Positions 10,061 through 20,994 of a stretch of 64,000 nt of DNA are shown in pieces. The notes below the pieces were generated by a model. It saw only the letters and a program-made list of their open reading frames with translations, was not told where the DNA came from and made no database searches. The position numbers were made by a program, and so were the translations under genes. The DNA is from Candidatus Poribacteria bacterium. Lineage in GTDB: Bacteria; Poribacteria; WGA-4E; WGA-3G. The stretch is from contig OZ240248.1 in NCBI GenBank assembly GCA_965198235.1, positions 1,504,001 through 1,568,000 on the forward strand, read 5' to 3'. The stretch's first letter is position 1. Each line of letters begins with the position of its first letter.

Positions 10061-11332
10061 ATGAAAGTCACGAACGTTGAACGTGTAATTGTAGATGTCC
10101 CCTTCACCCCGCGCCAACAACAGATTACGACGCAAAGTGTATCAACCGTTTACAACTGGTCGCTCCTTGAATTGTGCAAGGTCACAACCGATACTGGGCA
10201 TGTCGGTTGGGGTGAAACCGTCGTTCATTATACCTATTCCCGGGTCAGCGATGCCAGCGTCGAACGTGTGCTTGGACGAAGTCCTGCCGAACTCATGAAT
10301 GATGATTCACTTGGTGCAGGTTTACAGATGGCACTCTTCGATGTCGTCGGCAAAATTTTAGAGGTCCCGGTCTACCAACTCCTCGGCATGCAGTGTCGCG
10401 AGGCCGTTCCAATTTCGTGGTGGTGTATCGATGCCTCTCCTGAGAACTGGGCTGCGGAAGCCGCAGATGCCGTGGAAAACGGTTATACCAGTTTCAAAAA
10501 CAAGCCGCGTCCGTGGTGGGATATCACCGCACAGGTAGAGACGGTCGCGGAAGTCGTACCATCGGACTTCAAACTCGATCTCGATCCAAACAGTTCTTGG
10601 CGCGACGCAGAAACGGCTATCCCGATCCTGCAGAAACTCGCTACACACCCAAACGTGGCGATGTTTGAGACCCCCATTCCGCAGAGCGATGTTGACGGAA
10701 ACAAGCAGATTCGCCAAGATGTCGGTTGTCAGGTCGCTATGCATTTCGGATCACCACCCTATACCACCTGTGTGCGGGAGGACGTATGCACTGGGTTTGT
10801 CATCGGTGGTGGCAAGGCGCAGGTGATGCGTGAGGGACAACTCAGCGCAGCAGCGGATATGCCGTTTTGGCTTCAAATCGTTGGAAACGGCTTGACAACA
10901 ACTTGGGCAGGACATCTCGGAAGTGTCCTAACACATGCGACATGGCCCGCAATCACCTGTATTAATCTCTACAGCGACCATCTGCTCACACAACCGATAC
11001 AAGTCACAGATGGATGCCACAAGATCCCTGATGCCCCTGGATTAGGCGTTGAAGTCGATGAAGATGCAGTTGAACGCTTCCGCGTGCCTGATAATAAGTT
11101 AGATGCTGACGGCTACACAATTCATCCTGTCCCGCGCATCATCAAAACCGCTGTTTATCCTGATGGGAGTTGCATCCACATGTCTGGTGATGGTTTGAGT
11201 TATTTTAATGCCGGCAACGGTGAGGCACAGGTGGAAGGTGCGCGTCTGGAGCTAACCTTCGACGACGGCACTGCTGAATGGGCAGACCTCTTCGAGAAAG
11301 CACGCGAGACCCCTGTGCATGGAAAGTCGTAA
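10061..11332 (+). CDS. Mandelate racemase/muconate lactonizing enzyme (enolase superfamily)
   Basis: GWGE, MALFD.VGK...VPVYQLLG, FKNK, LDPN, FETP, PDAPGLGVEVD. Confidence 0.88.
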   Translation: MKVTNVERVIVDVPFTPRQQQITTQSVSTVYNWSLLELCKVTTDTGHVGWGETVVHYTYSRVSDASVERVLGRSPAELMNDDSLGAGLQMALFDVVGKILEVPVYQLLGMQCREAVPISWWCIDASPENWAAEAADAVENGYTSFKNKPRPWWDITAQVETVAEVVPSDFKLDLDPNSSWRDAETAIPILQKLATHPNVAMFETPIPQSDVDGNKQIRQDVGCQVAMHFGSPPYTTCVREDVCTGFVIGGGKAQVMREGQLSAAADMPFWLQIVGNGLTTTWAGHLGSVLTHATWPAITCINLYSDHLLTQPIQVTDGCHKIPDAPGLGVEVDEDAVERFRVPDNKLDADGYTIHPVPRIIKTAVYPDGSCIHMSGDGLSYFNAGNGEAQVEGARLELTFDDGTAEWADLFEKARETPVHGKS

Positions 11333-11549
11333 ATCTTTAGCCGTTCAAAAAAAGTAGGTGCGATTCTCTTTAAAACGGTAGGCGAGGTTTATAACCTCGC
11401 CGAGGTCACCGCCCGTTACAAAAAAGGAGTTTGTAAACCCAACTTTTCTCGAATATCCTTGCCGCATTCTCACAATTCACTTGCGTGTACGCTGCGTGTC
11501 TGCTACAATCAAGGGGACATCCTACGGATTTGACAGAGGCGGATTAACA

Positions 11550-13472
11550 TTGACTTCTCTCCCCCAACAGCGTGCCTTGACATGGCGCGTCCTATGCATC
11601 TTCGCCATTAGCGCACCGATCAACTGCTATTTTCTCATCCAGATGGAACTCGTGCGCTATACCTTTCCGACCTGGGTAGTCCCGCTGTCCAATGTCATTT
11701 TCATCCTCACCGCAGTGATGCTGATTAACGGTGTCATCCGCCTTCTAAACAGCAATGTTGCCCTTGGACAAGGCGAATTGCTGTTTTTGTATGTGACACT
11801 TAGTTTCGCCACGAGCTTGGCTGGATGCGATGTCTTTCAGGCGATCCTCTCTGTCCTTGGACATAGTTTCTGGTTTGCAACCGAAGAGAACGAGTGGCGC
11901 ACCCTATTTTGGCACCACCTCCCGGAATGGCTCACTGTTTCAGATAGAGACGCGCTCCGCGGCTATTACCTTGGGGAATCGAGCCTATATCGTCCCCTTC
12001 ACTTACGGGTTTGGGTGCCGGTGGTGGGGGCATGGTTATTGCTGTTTTCGGTGATAGCGTTCATCTTTCTCTGCCTCAACACGATCCTCCGTCGTCAATG
12101 GGCACAGCGAGAGCGTCTCACCTTCCCGATTATTCAACTCCCGCTTGCAATGACGAATCCCACGTCCGGTTTCTTCCGAAACAAGCGGATGTGGATCGGC
12201 TTCGCGATCGCCGCTGGTATTAGTCTTTTCAATGGATTGAGCCATCTCTATCCTGTAATTCCGCATATTCCGGTGACACGCCGTTTTTTCTCGTTTCACG
12301 AACCACCTTTGAGCCTCTACGGCACCATCATCACCGCCTTTTACCCGTTTGCCATCGGCATTATGTTCCTTATGCCGTTAGATGTCCTCTTTTCGACAAC
12401 CCTCTTCTATTTTCTCTATCGAAACGAAGTCGCTTTAGCGAAGGCGGTTGGGTGGAGTAGCATCCCGCGTTTTCCTTATCTTAACGAACAGACCATCGGT
12501 GCTTTCGTGGGACTCTGTTTTTTCTTCGGTTGGACAGGCAAACGGCATTTCACAGCCGTTTTGAGAAGCGCGCTACCGTCGCGCGGACGAGAGCCGCCAA
12601 TCCAGCAGCACGACGAACCGATGTCCTATCGGGTGGCTGTCTGGGGCTTTGTGATCGGTACCCTGCTGTTTGCGTTTCTCCTCTATAAAGCAGGTATGGC
12701 GGTCTGGCTTGCGCTCACCTTCGCTGTCCTGTTTCTCATAACGCCGTTGGTGACAACACGCATCCGCGCCGAGTCCGGCATTTTTGTCCACGCCTACCAC
12801 TGGCAGGCACCCCGATACATCTTAAACACTATCTTAGGAACGCACCATCTCGGCGCACGGAACTTAACGGCACTCTCCGTCTGCTTTTTCAACCGAGATT
12901 ACCGTCCACAGCAGATGCCGCATCAGTTGGAGGCTTTTAAAATCGCCGAACTCGCCAATATTAACCAACGCCGGATGCTCTTGACAGTTATCATCGCCAC
13001 TATTTTCGGTGTGATTGTCGCTTTCTGGGTGCAACTGCATTTCTATTACAAATTCGGTGCAGATTCCGGCTACTTTGGACCGTGGGCACTCGGTTACGGG
13101 AGAGAATACTTCGGACGGTTGACGAACTGGATTACCTATCCGCTCAGCACGGACTGGCTTGGCGTGATATTCATGGGTATCGGATTTTCTGTGATGATGG
13201 TGCTTACATATCTTCGTGTCAAGTTTTTTTGGCTCCCGCTGCATCCTCTCGGTTATGTGATGGCGAGCAACCAAGAGATGTCCGACCTCTGGATTCCGTT
13301 GCTGATTGCCTTGACATTAAAATGGCTTATCCTCCGGCACGGCGGTATCCAAAGTTATCGGCGCGCCATCCCCTTCTTTTTGGGGTTAGTCCTCGGCGAT
13401 TACCTCATGGGGAGCACGTGGAGCCTCCTAAACATTCTTCTGAACACCACGATGTATCAGTTCTACCCATAA
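11550..13472 (+). CDS. Polytopic membrane protein, DUF6785/DUF6784 (OPT-transporter-related) type
   Basis: Many TM segments, RRQW...ERLTFPI.QLP, RIRAESG, PLHPLGY, PFFLGLVLGD. TTG 11550 chosen because TTG 11481 looks like a -35 box (TTGCGT-17-TACAAT). Confidence 0.75.
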   Translation: MTSLPQQRALTWRVLCIFAISAPINCYFLIQMELVRYTFPTWVVPLSNVIFILTAVMLINGVIRLLNSNVALGQGELLFLYVTLSFATSLAGCDVFQAILSVLGHSFWFATEENEWRTLFWHHLPEWLTVSDRDALRGYYLGESSLYRPLHLRVWVPVVGAWLLLFSVIAFIFLCLNTILRRQWAQRERLTFPIIQLPLAMTNPTSGFFRNKRMWIGFAIAAGISLFNGLSHLYPVIPHIPVTRRFFSFHEPPLSLYGTIITAFYPFAIGIMFLMPLDVLFSTTLFYFLYRNEVALAKAVGWSSIPRFPYLNEQTIGAFVGLCFFFGWTGKRHFTAVLRSALPSRGREPPIQQHDEPMSYRVAVWGFVIGTLLFAFLLYKAGMAVWLALTFAVLFLITPLVTTRIRAESGIFVHAYHWQAPRYILNTILGTHHLGARNLTALSVCFFNRDYRPQQMPHQLEAFKIAELANINQRRMLLTVIIATIFGVIVAFWVQLHFYYKFGADSGYFGPWALGYGREYFGRLTNWITYPLSTDWLGVIFMGIGFSVMMVLTYLRVKFFWLPLHPLGYVMASNQEMSDLWIPLLIALTLKWLILRHGGIQSYRRAIPFFLGLVLGDYLMGSTWSLLNILLNTTMYQFYP

Positions 13473-13652
13473 CCTAAGTTACTACTAATAAATTTTGGTG
13501 TTTTTGCTTGGGTGTTTCCCTGCGGATTTCGGCAAGGTTTTCAGGCACTTTCCCCACCCCGTAGGGGTGCTATGTCTGTAGAGAACGGTGTATTCAAGCG
13601 ACTGCACCCCGCAGGGGTGCTATGTCTATAAATAGGTGGCAATTTGCGTTAT
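13471..13652. repeat. REP-doublet element (second copy at about 20740-20895)
   Basis: Two CACCCCG(T/C)AGGGGTGCTATGT units bracketed by TAACC.AAGTT...AA.TTGCGTTA. Confidence 0.75.
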
Positions 13653-13662
13653 CCATAGATTA

Positions 13663-14082
13663 TCAGAGATCGAAAATAACCTGAGCAAACCAACTGTTAT
13701 CATTCCTTTGCACAACCTGTAGTTGATGATACGTGACGCTCTTAATTTCAGTATAAACCTCGTGTTTATCGAAATTTGCCGGTTCACCGTAAACCGTCGC
13801 TAATACCTCCGTTTCGCTGCACCGCTGGATGTCGGCGCGTTTAAAGAAGGTTTCTTTTGTCTCGTGCTGAAAGATGAGTTCATCGAGCCACGCCACAAAT
13901 AGGTCTTCCACAGACTCAGCAGTAAGGTGGATCTCGACCAAGTCTGTTTCATCGACAGTATCCACGACCGCTATCGTTTCGAAGAGTCCCTGTGCCGCGT
14001 TTTTCAGAAGCTCGGACAAACTTTTCCCCCTAACCAGCAGTCCCATATCAGCCGTATGTTCAAGGTATTCATAAGGTTTCAT
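13663..14082 (-). CDS. Archease (RtcB cofactor family)
   Basis: YEYLEHTAD at the N-terminus, EIKSVTYH...VIFDL at the C-terminus. GGAG precedes ATG 14082. Confidence 0.92.
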   Translation of the reverse strand: MKPYEYLEHTADMGLLVRGKSLSELLKNAAQGLFETIAVVDTVDETDLVEIHLTAESVEDLFVAWLDELIFQHETKETFFKRADIQRCSETEVLATVYGEPANFDKHEVYTEIKSVTYHQLQVVQRNDNSWFAQVIFDL

Positions 14083-14396
14083 GCAATTCTCCATCGTCAC
14101 GGTTTTTTTCCTCATCTCCGTAACATCATACCCCGAAAATCCGAACCTGTCAATTCTCAAATCTTCCTGTAGGAGCGACTTTTCCCAGAACCCACGCCCT
14201 ATCTAAACACTGATTCCTGTAGGAGGGGGGAAATTGAGGAAACGCCCTATCAATACGCAGAAATACCCAAGCAAAAACACTCCGATTCCTGACTGACTTC
14301 TGTGACATTTTTCCCTTGACTTTACATCCATTGTAGGCTATGCTATAATGTGGACTCTCTCGTAAAAAAAAGGCGTTTACCCTATAAAAAATAAAT

Positions 14397-14425
14397 TTGA
14401 CTTTGGACGCAAAATATAGTATACT
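14397..14425 (+). promoter_or_regulatory. Sigma70-type promoter
   Basis: TTGACT-17 nt-TATACT. Confidence 0.65.
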
Positions 14426-14544
14426 ATGTATAAAATAATCTACATATCATAACATATTATGGTATAGGTTCCATCTCGGCGCACTCCGAAAGTATCTGCC
14501 GTGGTAATGTGCTATGACCGGGACAACGAATTTGAGGTTATCCG

Positions 14545-14736
14545 ATGAAACGCAGATTGGAAATGGAATTAGACTTTGTAACAGATCTATCACCCTTGGA
14601 GTTTGCCTCGAAGATTACGCCGCTTATGCGAGAGGCTATTGAGGCGATGAAACAGGCACTCGGGTCGGAATTGAAGTTCGATATTTTCCTCGTACTGGAT
14701 GGACACGAGGTTCGCCTTCTGATGGAGCCAGTGTGA
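14545..14736 (+). CDS. Small hypothetical protein (63 aa)
   Basis: GAGGT RBS, upstream promoter, protein-like composition. Confidence 0.55.
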   Translation: MKRRLEMELDFVTDLSPLEFASKITPLMREAIEAMKQALGSELKFDIFLVLDGHEVRLLMEPV

Positions 14737-14959
14737 CGCACAGTAACATTGTATTTCACGTTTTATGGATAGAGGGACGAAGTAAAATGTTACACTTTCC
14801 ACCAAATTATTTTTTCTCAGCGAGAAATCGGAAAACAAAAGCCTATAAACCCTTACAGTCACTGGGTTCTACCCGATAATCTCTGCACACCTAATGTTAC
14901 ACCAGTGTAACATTTTTAAGACTCGCTGGTTGCTGAGGACTGACCGCTGATAGCCAATT

Positions 14960-15070
14960 ATGAACAAACTCTACTTCGGTGACAACCTCGAAATCCTCCG
15001 CGAAATGCACAACGAACGCGTCCACCTCATCTGCCCTAATCCTCAAAATAAAGCGCGAATATGCTTATGA
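14960..15070 (+). pseudogene. 5' remnant of a DNA methyltransferase gene
   Basis: MNKLYFGDNLEILREMHNERVHLIC, near-identical to the start of the 16026 ORF. The stop overlaps the next ATG (ATGA). Confidence 0.7.
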
Positions 15071-15720
15071 ATAACCAATATGAATATGCTGAAAAGTCTC
15101 TCACACCGAAAATAGCGCAACATCTCATCCAGGAACTATTTGCAGGACAGACTGTTCAAAAACAGGAAATGATGCGTATTGTAGATGAAACGCATCGTGA
15201 ACGGGGTGGGTTGCTATCACGTGCTCAATTTAACAACCCTGTCACGCTTGCACTGTACAACATGAAGCGAGAGGGGCAAGCAAGCAATTCTGGTCAAGGT
15301 AATGATTGGTTGATCTCTTCAAGTACTCAGGACGACGACAGCGTGGATGCCGAACCTAACAATTTAGAACCCGAAAAGATCATCGGTTCTGGCAAACAAT
15401 CAGTCTATCTTTATTATTACCCGGTGTATCGACGTTTAGCTGAATTGCAGAGTAAGGAGGTATGGGCATGCAAGATCGGCAAGGCTAGAAACGATCCTCT
15501 CATCAGAATTAGTTCGCAAACGCGCACAGCACTCCCAGAATACCCCAAAGTCGGCCTCATTATTAAAACAGACGAATTCGCGTTGATGGAGACAACAATA
15601 CAGAATATTCTAAAACTTCGAGGCAAGCACATGCAGAATGCACCTGGAACAGAGTGGTTCCTTACTTCTCCCAGCGAAGTTGAAACGGTGTCCGAAAACA
15701 ATTTTGGGAATTTCGAGTGA
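15067..15720 (+). CDS. GIY-YIG/T5orf172-like domain protein
   Basis: SVYLYY...CKIG...P..RI...T.LPE...E..I...L...GTEWF pattern. Confidence 0.7.
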   Translation: MNNQYEYAEKSLTPKIAQHLIQELFAGQTVQKQEMMRIVDETHRERGGLLSRAQFNNPVTLALYNMKREGQASNSGQGNDWLISSSTQDDDSVDAEPNNLEPEKIIGSGKQSVYLYYYPVYRRLAELQSKEVWACKIGKARNDPLIRISSQTRTALPEYPKVGLIIKTDEFALMETTIQNILKLRGKHMQNAPGTEWFLTSPSEVETVSENNFGNFE

Positions 15721-15795
15721 ACAAACTCTGTATTTCACATATAAAGGTAGGTCTCGGTGTCTGCCGGACATCACAAATAGCCATGAAGGAGAACA

Positions 15796-16029
15796 ATGAT
15801 GTACATCGTGACGGATGACTTGGAAATCATAAACTTCTATCAGTACCAAAATTTGAGTGTAGAAGGGGAGGACCCTGGCAAAGGTCAACTCGTCTTAACA
15901 GCTCAGGATGGATCCAAACGCGTCATTGCTGAATTTGCTGAATTTGAGAAAGCATACAATCTCTTTGCGGACATCCGTGATGCCCTCGCTGCAGGGGAGA
16001 CATACTATAGTCTAGAGGCAAGTCAATGA
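15796..16029 (+). CDS. Small hypothetical protein (77 aa)
   Basis: AAGGAG RBS and ATGA overlap with the next ORF. Confidence 0.65.
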   Translation: MMYIVTDDLEIINFYQYQNLSVEGEDPGKGQLVLTAQDGSKRVIAEFAEFEKAYNLFADIRDALAAGETYYSLEASQ

Positions 16030-16391
16030 ATAGACTCTATTTCGGGGACAACCTCGAAATCCTACGCGAAATGGACGACGAACGCGTCCACCTCATCTGT
16101 ACCGACCCACCCTTCAATAGCGGACGCGACTACAACGCCTTCATCGGGGGCTCCCTTAACAAAGGCGACATCGTTCTCGATCCCTTCTGCGGCTGCGGCA
16201 CGACGATTGATGCGGCACAAACCCTCAACCGACAATGGATGGGGATAGACATAACAATCCTCGCCTTGGATCCCATGCGTCAACGGTTGGCAGACCGACA
16301 CGGATTACAGCCGTCTGTTGACTACCAGATTGAAGGCTATCCGACGAACATGCAGGAGGTCCGCAGACTGCTGATTGCTATTCTTCTGTAG
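16026..16391 (+). pseudogene. Internally deleted and truncated N4/N6 DNA methyltransferase (beta class)
   Basis: Motif IV DPPF lies only about 20 aa before motif I DPFCGCGTT, so the target-recognition region is absent. The stop codon is supplied by a GTAG repeat. Confidence 0.75.
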
Positions 16392-16739
16392 GAGCGAGTG
16401 TTTTTGCTTGGGTGTTTCCCCATGCTCACGACTCCTTTCTCACTTGTGGAATTTCATAGCAACCTTCCAAGAATCCCCCTACAAAAATCGCCAAAAACCC
16501 AGTCGTAGCGCGGATTTACAACCCTTTTAATAATCTATCACTTTTCGGGTTTTGCTATGAAAACTGTGAAAATATTAGTAAAATCTGAAGATATATAGGC
16601 ACCTCGCGAAAAAAGACCCTGCCCCAAACTCACTACTGAAGTTTCCGATACCCAACACCCTTTCCTCCTACAACTAAAAACTGACAACTGATAACTGTTA
16701 ACTCATAAACCGAATACCTCCATCCAAAACACAAATCCG

Positions 16740-16768
16740 TTGACAGAAAAGGATTTTTAGGGTATAAT
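16740..16768 (+). promoter_or_regulatory. Consensus sigma70 promoter for the aldolase gene
   Basis: TTGACA-17 nt-TATAAT. Confidence 0.8.
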
Positions 16769-16895
16769 TATCAAATGCCTTGGTTTCGGAATAGCACCTG
16801 CTATGCCGTTTACATTACAAAACTGAACCCACGCGCACCGCAGACAGTATTGAACAGCAGATTTTGATTTGCAAGCTGCGCTAAAAAAATGAGGG

Positions 16896-17609
16896 ATGAC
16901 AATGTCAGCAGCAAATTTGAAACAACGGATACATAACGGAGAACTCATCTATGGCGCCAACGTCTCTATGGCAGCATCTGCCGACGCGCTCGTCGCCAAA
17001 ATCGAAGAGGACGGCTACGATTTCGTCGCCGTGGATAGCCAACATTCTCCATACAACGAGGACCGGCTCGTCGCCTTCTGTAATATGGCGAATGAACTGG
17101 GGATTCTGGTCAACTTTCGGATTAAGCATACCCGAAACGCATATCTCATCGGCAACTACCTTGATTTAGGTCCCTCTGGCATTGAGGTGCCACAGGTCGA
17201 ATTAGACGAAACCGTAAACGAAGCAGTCGCTGCTTTCTACTACCCGCAACAGGGGATCCGGAGTTGGGGCGGTGTCGCCCGAGTGAATTCCGAAGGCAAA
17301 GAACGGCTTGAGTACGCCGATTGGTGGAACTCCAATGGTATCCTTTGGATGCAAATCGAGTCCATAGAAGCCGTCACACATGCGCGATATCTCGCCAAGC
17401 CGGGTGTTGACTGTCTCTCCTTTGGTCCTGCTGATCTGACATTCAGCATTGAGGGCCACCCGAATCATGCACTCCAAACCGTGGATGCCTGTGTGGAATA
17501 CGTCGCAAGAGCTTTGGAGGGAACCACAACCGCTGTCTGCTTTAGGAACGGCAACCCCAGCACCCGTCAAAAGTATGCCGACATGGGCGTTACCGTCTTT
17601 TTAGAATAG
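16896..17609 (+). CDS. HpcH/HpaI aldolase/citrate lyase family protein
   Basis: YDFVAVDSQH, LDLG..GI.VPQV, YPQQG.RSWG, QIES, FGPADL. Confidence 0.88.
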   Translation: MTMSAANLKQRIHNGELIYGANVSMAASADALVAKIEEDGYDFVAVDSQHSPYNEDRLVAFCNMANELGILVNFRIKHTRNAYLIGNYLDLGPSGIEVPQVELDETVNEAVAAFYYPQQGIRSWGGVARVNSEGKERLEYADWWNSNGILWMQIESIEAVTHARYLAKPGVDCLSFGPADLTFSIEGHPNHALQTVDACVEYVARALEGTTTAVCFRNGNPSTRQKYADMGVTVFLE

Positions 17610-17885
17610 TCCGAGCTAACTGCTATTAAAAAAATTGTTAGGTTACCTGCTCAATTGAAGAGGTGGTGGTCGGGCATTGTGGCAGTAGTCCAAATTATAA
17701 TTGTGACAATTCAGAGCGGTGTCAAGGTTAACAAAGTCTTCTTAAAACCGCACAGATCCCCAATTGTGCCGGAATTAACCGAAAACCCGCTCGTAATGAA
17801 ATTATGCCTTAAATGGCATAATTTTGCTTCGCAGTGAGAATGCTTTACATTTGGAGGGCGGCCCCGAGGCCCATAGTTAAAAGAG

Positions 17886-19238
17886 TTGAATTATGGATTG
17901 GTAAGCACAGCAATAGCGGAAGATCGGGAGCGACTACTTGAGGGTGTCCGACTGTTAGCAGGAATCGCGCACAAACACGGTATACCCATAACATGGGCAA
18001 TCGATACCAAATCTGCTCCAGTCGTCGCGAAATTGCTCACAACATTCCGCACAGAGAGCGATGACGCTCCTTTGTTGATCCTCGACATCAGACAGATATG
18101 GGAAACAAATTGGGAGGCGGAAAGAAACGCAAATCCAGGTGCCAGCACAGAAGCCATGGCATCGCACCTCGTCAAGATGCGAGAGAAGTTGCCGGAATAC
18201 ATAACCAAGGAGCGGGAAAGACTCACGCGCGCAATGCCTTGGGCGGAACTCAACATCGCAGGGGCAGTTTTCAAAAATGATGCTTTCCTACGGGCACTTG
18301 AACAGACTGGGTTCCGGGGACTTTGGGGTTACCACTGGAATCCGCAGGATGTTAATGATACAGACCCGAACGTTCCCGAAATTGAAGCCGACCGCGGCGG
18401 TTTTGGATGTTTTTATCCGCTTGAGGCTTCAGCGTCTCTTGATGCTATTGTCGCACGAGGGACCCCTGATACAGATCTTGCAGAATCATTTGAGAAGATT
18501 GTTGGTGTCCCCTACCATACCGCTGGTCACCTCACCGAAGACACACATAATCTCCGCGCAGCACTCTTAAACGGAACAGCGCAACAGCATTATGATGTCT
18601 ATGTAGAAAGCACAGCGTGGAATCAGTGGCTGGGTTATGTGGAACATATCGACCCGCTTACCGTTGTGCACCTCGGGCAAGAGGGGTTGGAACGACTGGA
18701 TGCATACTTCGCACACGTTGTTAGTATTGAAAACACAAAACCGCTGCTCCTTTCTCAAATGGTTGACGATTACATAAAACATTGCCAGAAAACCGAACCG
18801 ACAGCTGTTGTAGGGGCAAGTACGGAGATTCAAGGGGAAACTACGAAGCCGAAGTCTACGTTAAAAATGTATTATTACGACGCGGCATGCGAATTCACTT
18901 TTGTTGAAGGTGTTATGGATCCCGTTGAAATCAAAAACTATACCGGGGTCCCCGCCCGTTACTGGGGAGGGGGCGAACGGGTGTTACAATCCGAGGCGAA
19001 TAAGCCTGTCTTAACGGGCTTTTTACCAACGCGACACCGAATGCAACTACACATCGCTATTGTGGTAGAGTCAACGAGGGCGATGCCTTACGGGATAGTA
19101 GTCTGGGGTGACCACGAAGGTTTACAATTAACCGAGTCCAACGTCGATGATGTCAGATGGATAGGGGAACATTCGCTTTTTATTCGCCTCACATTACAAT
19201 CCGGAAAGAACGAATTTAGCGTTAAGTTGACAATCTAA
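17886..19238 (+). CDS. Hypothetical protein (possible polysaccharide-deacetylase-like barrel)
   Basis: 450-aa ORF. IAHKHGIPITWAID resembles NodB-like domains, but family is not recognised. Start uncertain. Confidence 0.65.
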   Translation: MNYGLVSTAIAEDRERLLEGVRLLAGIAHKHGIPITWAIDTKSAPVVAKLLTTFRTESDDAPLLILDIRQIWETNWEAERNANPGASTEAMASHLVKMREKLPEYITKERERLTRAMPWAELNIAGAVFKNDAFLRALEQTGFRGLWGYHWNPQDVNDTDPNVPEIEADRGGFGCFYPLEASASLDAIVARGTPDTDLAESFEKIVGVPYHTAGHLTEDTHNLRAALLNGTAQQHYDVYVESTAWNQWLGYVEHIDPLTVVHLGQEGLERLDAYFAHVVSIENTKPLLLSQMVDDYIKHCQKTEPTAVVGASTEIQGETTKPKSTLKMYYYDAACEFTFVEGVMDPVEIKNYTGVPARYWGGGERVLQSEANKPVLTGFLPTRHRMQLHIAIVVESTRAMPYGIVVWGDHEGLQLTESNVDDVRWIGEHSLFIRLTLQSGKNEFSVKLTI

Positions 19239-19503
19239 TCATTTAACGATCACCTCCGCTGGCGGGGTTTTTAACCCCGCCAATCTTTTGGTGTATAAGT
19301 GATTGTGGATTGGCAATAAACGGGGACAGACTGAAAATTTTTGAAACCCCTTAATCTACTCTAGGGCGTTCAAATTCATTGAAAACTCGATTTTTTATCA
19401 CCACCTCGATGCCAAACATAATAGAGAAAGGCATGAGTTGCGGGTCAAACGGAAAAATTGACGTGGAAACCCAATTGTAAAAAAATTGAAAAGGAAGAAA
19501 GCA

Positions 19504-20736
19504 ATGGAAAAAGTATTAGGGCTCAAATGCCGCGAATGTGGTGAGAAGTATCCCAAAGAACCTCTTCACGTTTGCGAATTCTGTTTCGGGCCCCTGGAAG
19601 TAGACTATAACTATAAAGAGATACAAAAATCTATTTCAAGGCATTCAATAGAAAACGGGCCAGAAAGTATGTGGCGTTATGCAGATCTCCTGCCGGTCGA
19701 TGGTGAGCCCACAGATGGCACCAACACTGGATTTACACCTCTCATTCGAGCTAAAAATCTCGGAGACGCGATCGGAGTCAAGCAACTCTATATCAAAGAT
19801 GACACTGTCTGCCATCCGACGTTTTCTTTCAAAGATCGGGTGGTAGCAGTCGCCTTGAGCAAAGCAAAAGAATTCGATTTTGACACCGTTTCTTGTGCCT
19901 CCACCGGCAACCTCGCCAATGCTGTCGCCGCACAGGCTGCCATCGCGAAACTGAATTGCTTCATTTTCATCCCCGCAGATCTCGAAGTTGGCAAGGTCGT
20001 CGCATCCCTCGTTTATGGGCCTACAGTCGTCGGTATCACCGGCAATTATGACGATGTCAACCGACTCTGCAGTGAAATTGGCGGGGTCTATCCGTGGGCA
20101 TTTGTTAACATCAACATCCGTCCTTTCTACGCTGAAGGCTCGAAAACCCTCTGCTTCGAACTGATCGAACAACTCGGTTGGAAGGCACCCGCACATATCG
20201 TCGCACCCGCCGCCGGTGGTTCTCTCATCACAAAGATTGGCAAAGCTTTAAAAGAATTTCACATTTTGGGATTAATAGATAAACCGAACACTAAAATCCA
20301 TGTCGCCCAAGCGGAAGGCTGCGGTCCCATCGTCAATACATACAAAGAGAATGGCGATTTTGTAAAGCCTGTTAGACCCAACACAATCGCTAAATCCCTC
20401 GCTATTGGAAATCCTGCAGATGGCATCTATGCTGTTGATACAGTCCGGAACTCCGGCGGTGTCGGCGAGCACGCCACCGATATTGAGATCGTGGACGCCA
20501 TCAAACTCCTCGCTTCCACTGAAGGTATTTTCACCGAAACCGCTGGTGGGGTCACACTCGCCGCCGCGAAAAAATTGATAGAGAGCGGACACATCGGACC
20601 CAATGAGCCAACGGTTCTTGCCATCACAGGCAACGGACTCAAGACCGTTGAAGCACTTGAGAACAAAACGGATACATCACATATCATTGCCCCGCAACTC
20701 AACGCTTTCCGGAAACTGATGAACGAAATTGAATAA
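19504..20736 (+). CDS. thrC: Threonine synthase (Zn-ribbon type)
   Basis: CRECG..CEFCFGPL, PTFSFKDR (PLP Lys), CASTGNLANA, SLAIGNPADG, TGNGLK. Confidence 0.92.
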   Translation: MEKVLGLKCRECGEKYPKEPLHVCEFCFGPLEVDYNYKEIQKSISRHSIENGPESMWRYADLLPVDGEPTDGTNTGFTPLIRAKNLGDAIGVKQLYIKDDTVCHPTFSFKDRVVAVALSKAKEFDFDTVSCASTGNLANAVAAQAAIAKLNCFIFIPADLEVGKVVASLVYGPTVVGITGNYDDVNRLCSEIGGVYPWAFVNINIRPFYAEGSKTLCFELIEQLGWKAPAHIVAPAAGGSLITKIGKALKEFHILGLIDKPNTKIHVAQAEGCGPIVNTYKENGDFVKPVRPNTIAKSLAIGNPADGIYAVDTVRNSGGVGEHATDIEIVDAIKLLASTEGIFTETAGGVTLAAAKKLIESGHIGPNEPTVLAITGNGLKTVEALENKTDTSHIIAPQLNAFRKLMNEIE

Positions 20737-20994
20737 ATTAACCCAAGTTGTTACATAACGGGTTATAGATGTTTGAATAAGTCTTCAGACCCTTTCATCA
20801 CCCCGTAGGGGTGCTATGTCTATAGAGAAACGGTTTTTCAATCCTCCGCACCCCGTAGGGGTGCTATGTTGATAAAAAGGTGGAAACTTGCGTTAAATTA
20901 CTACGCATCGACGGGTGGTTGACCTTTCCCTTCAAACATCTTTCGGCTTTAGTCAGGACAGGGTAACCTCGCCCTATATGGGGGGATTAAAAGC

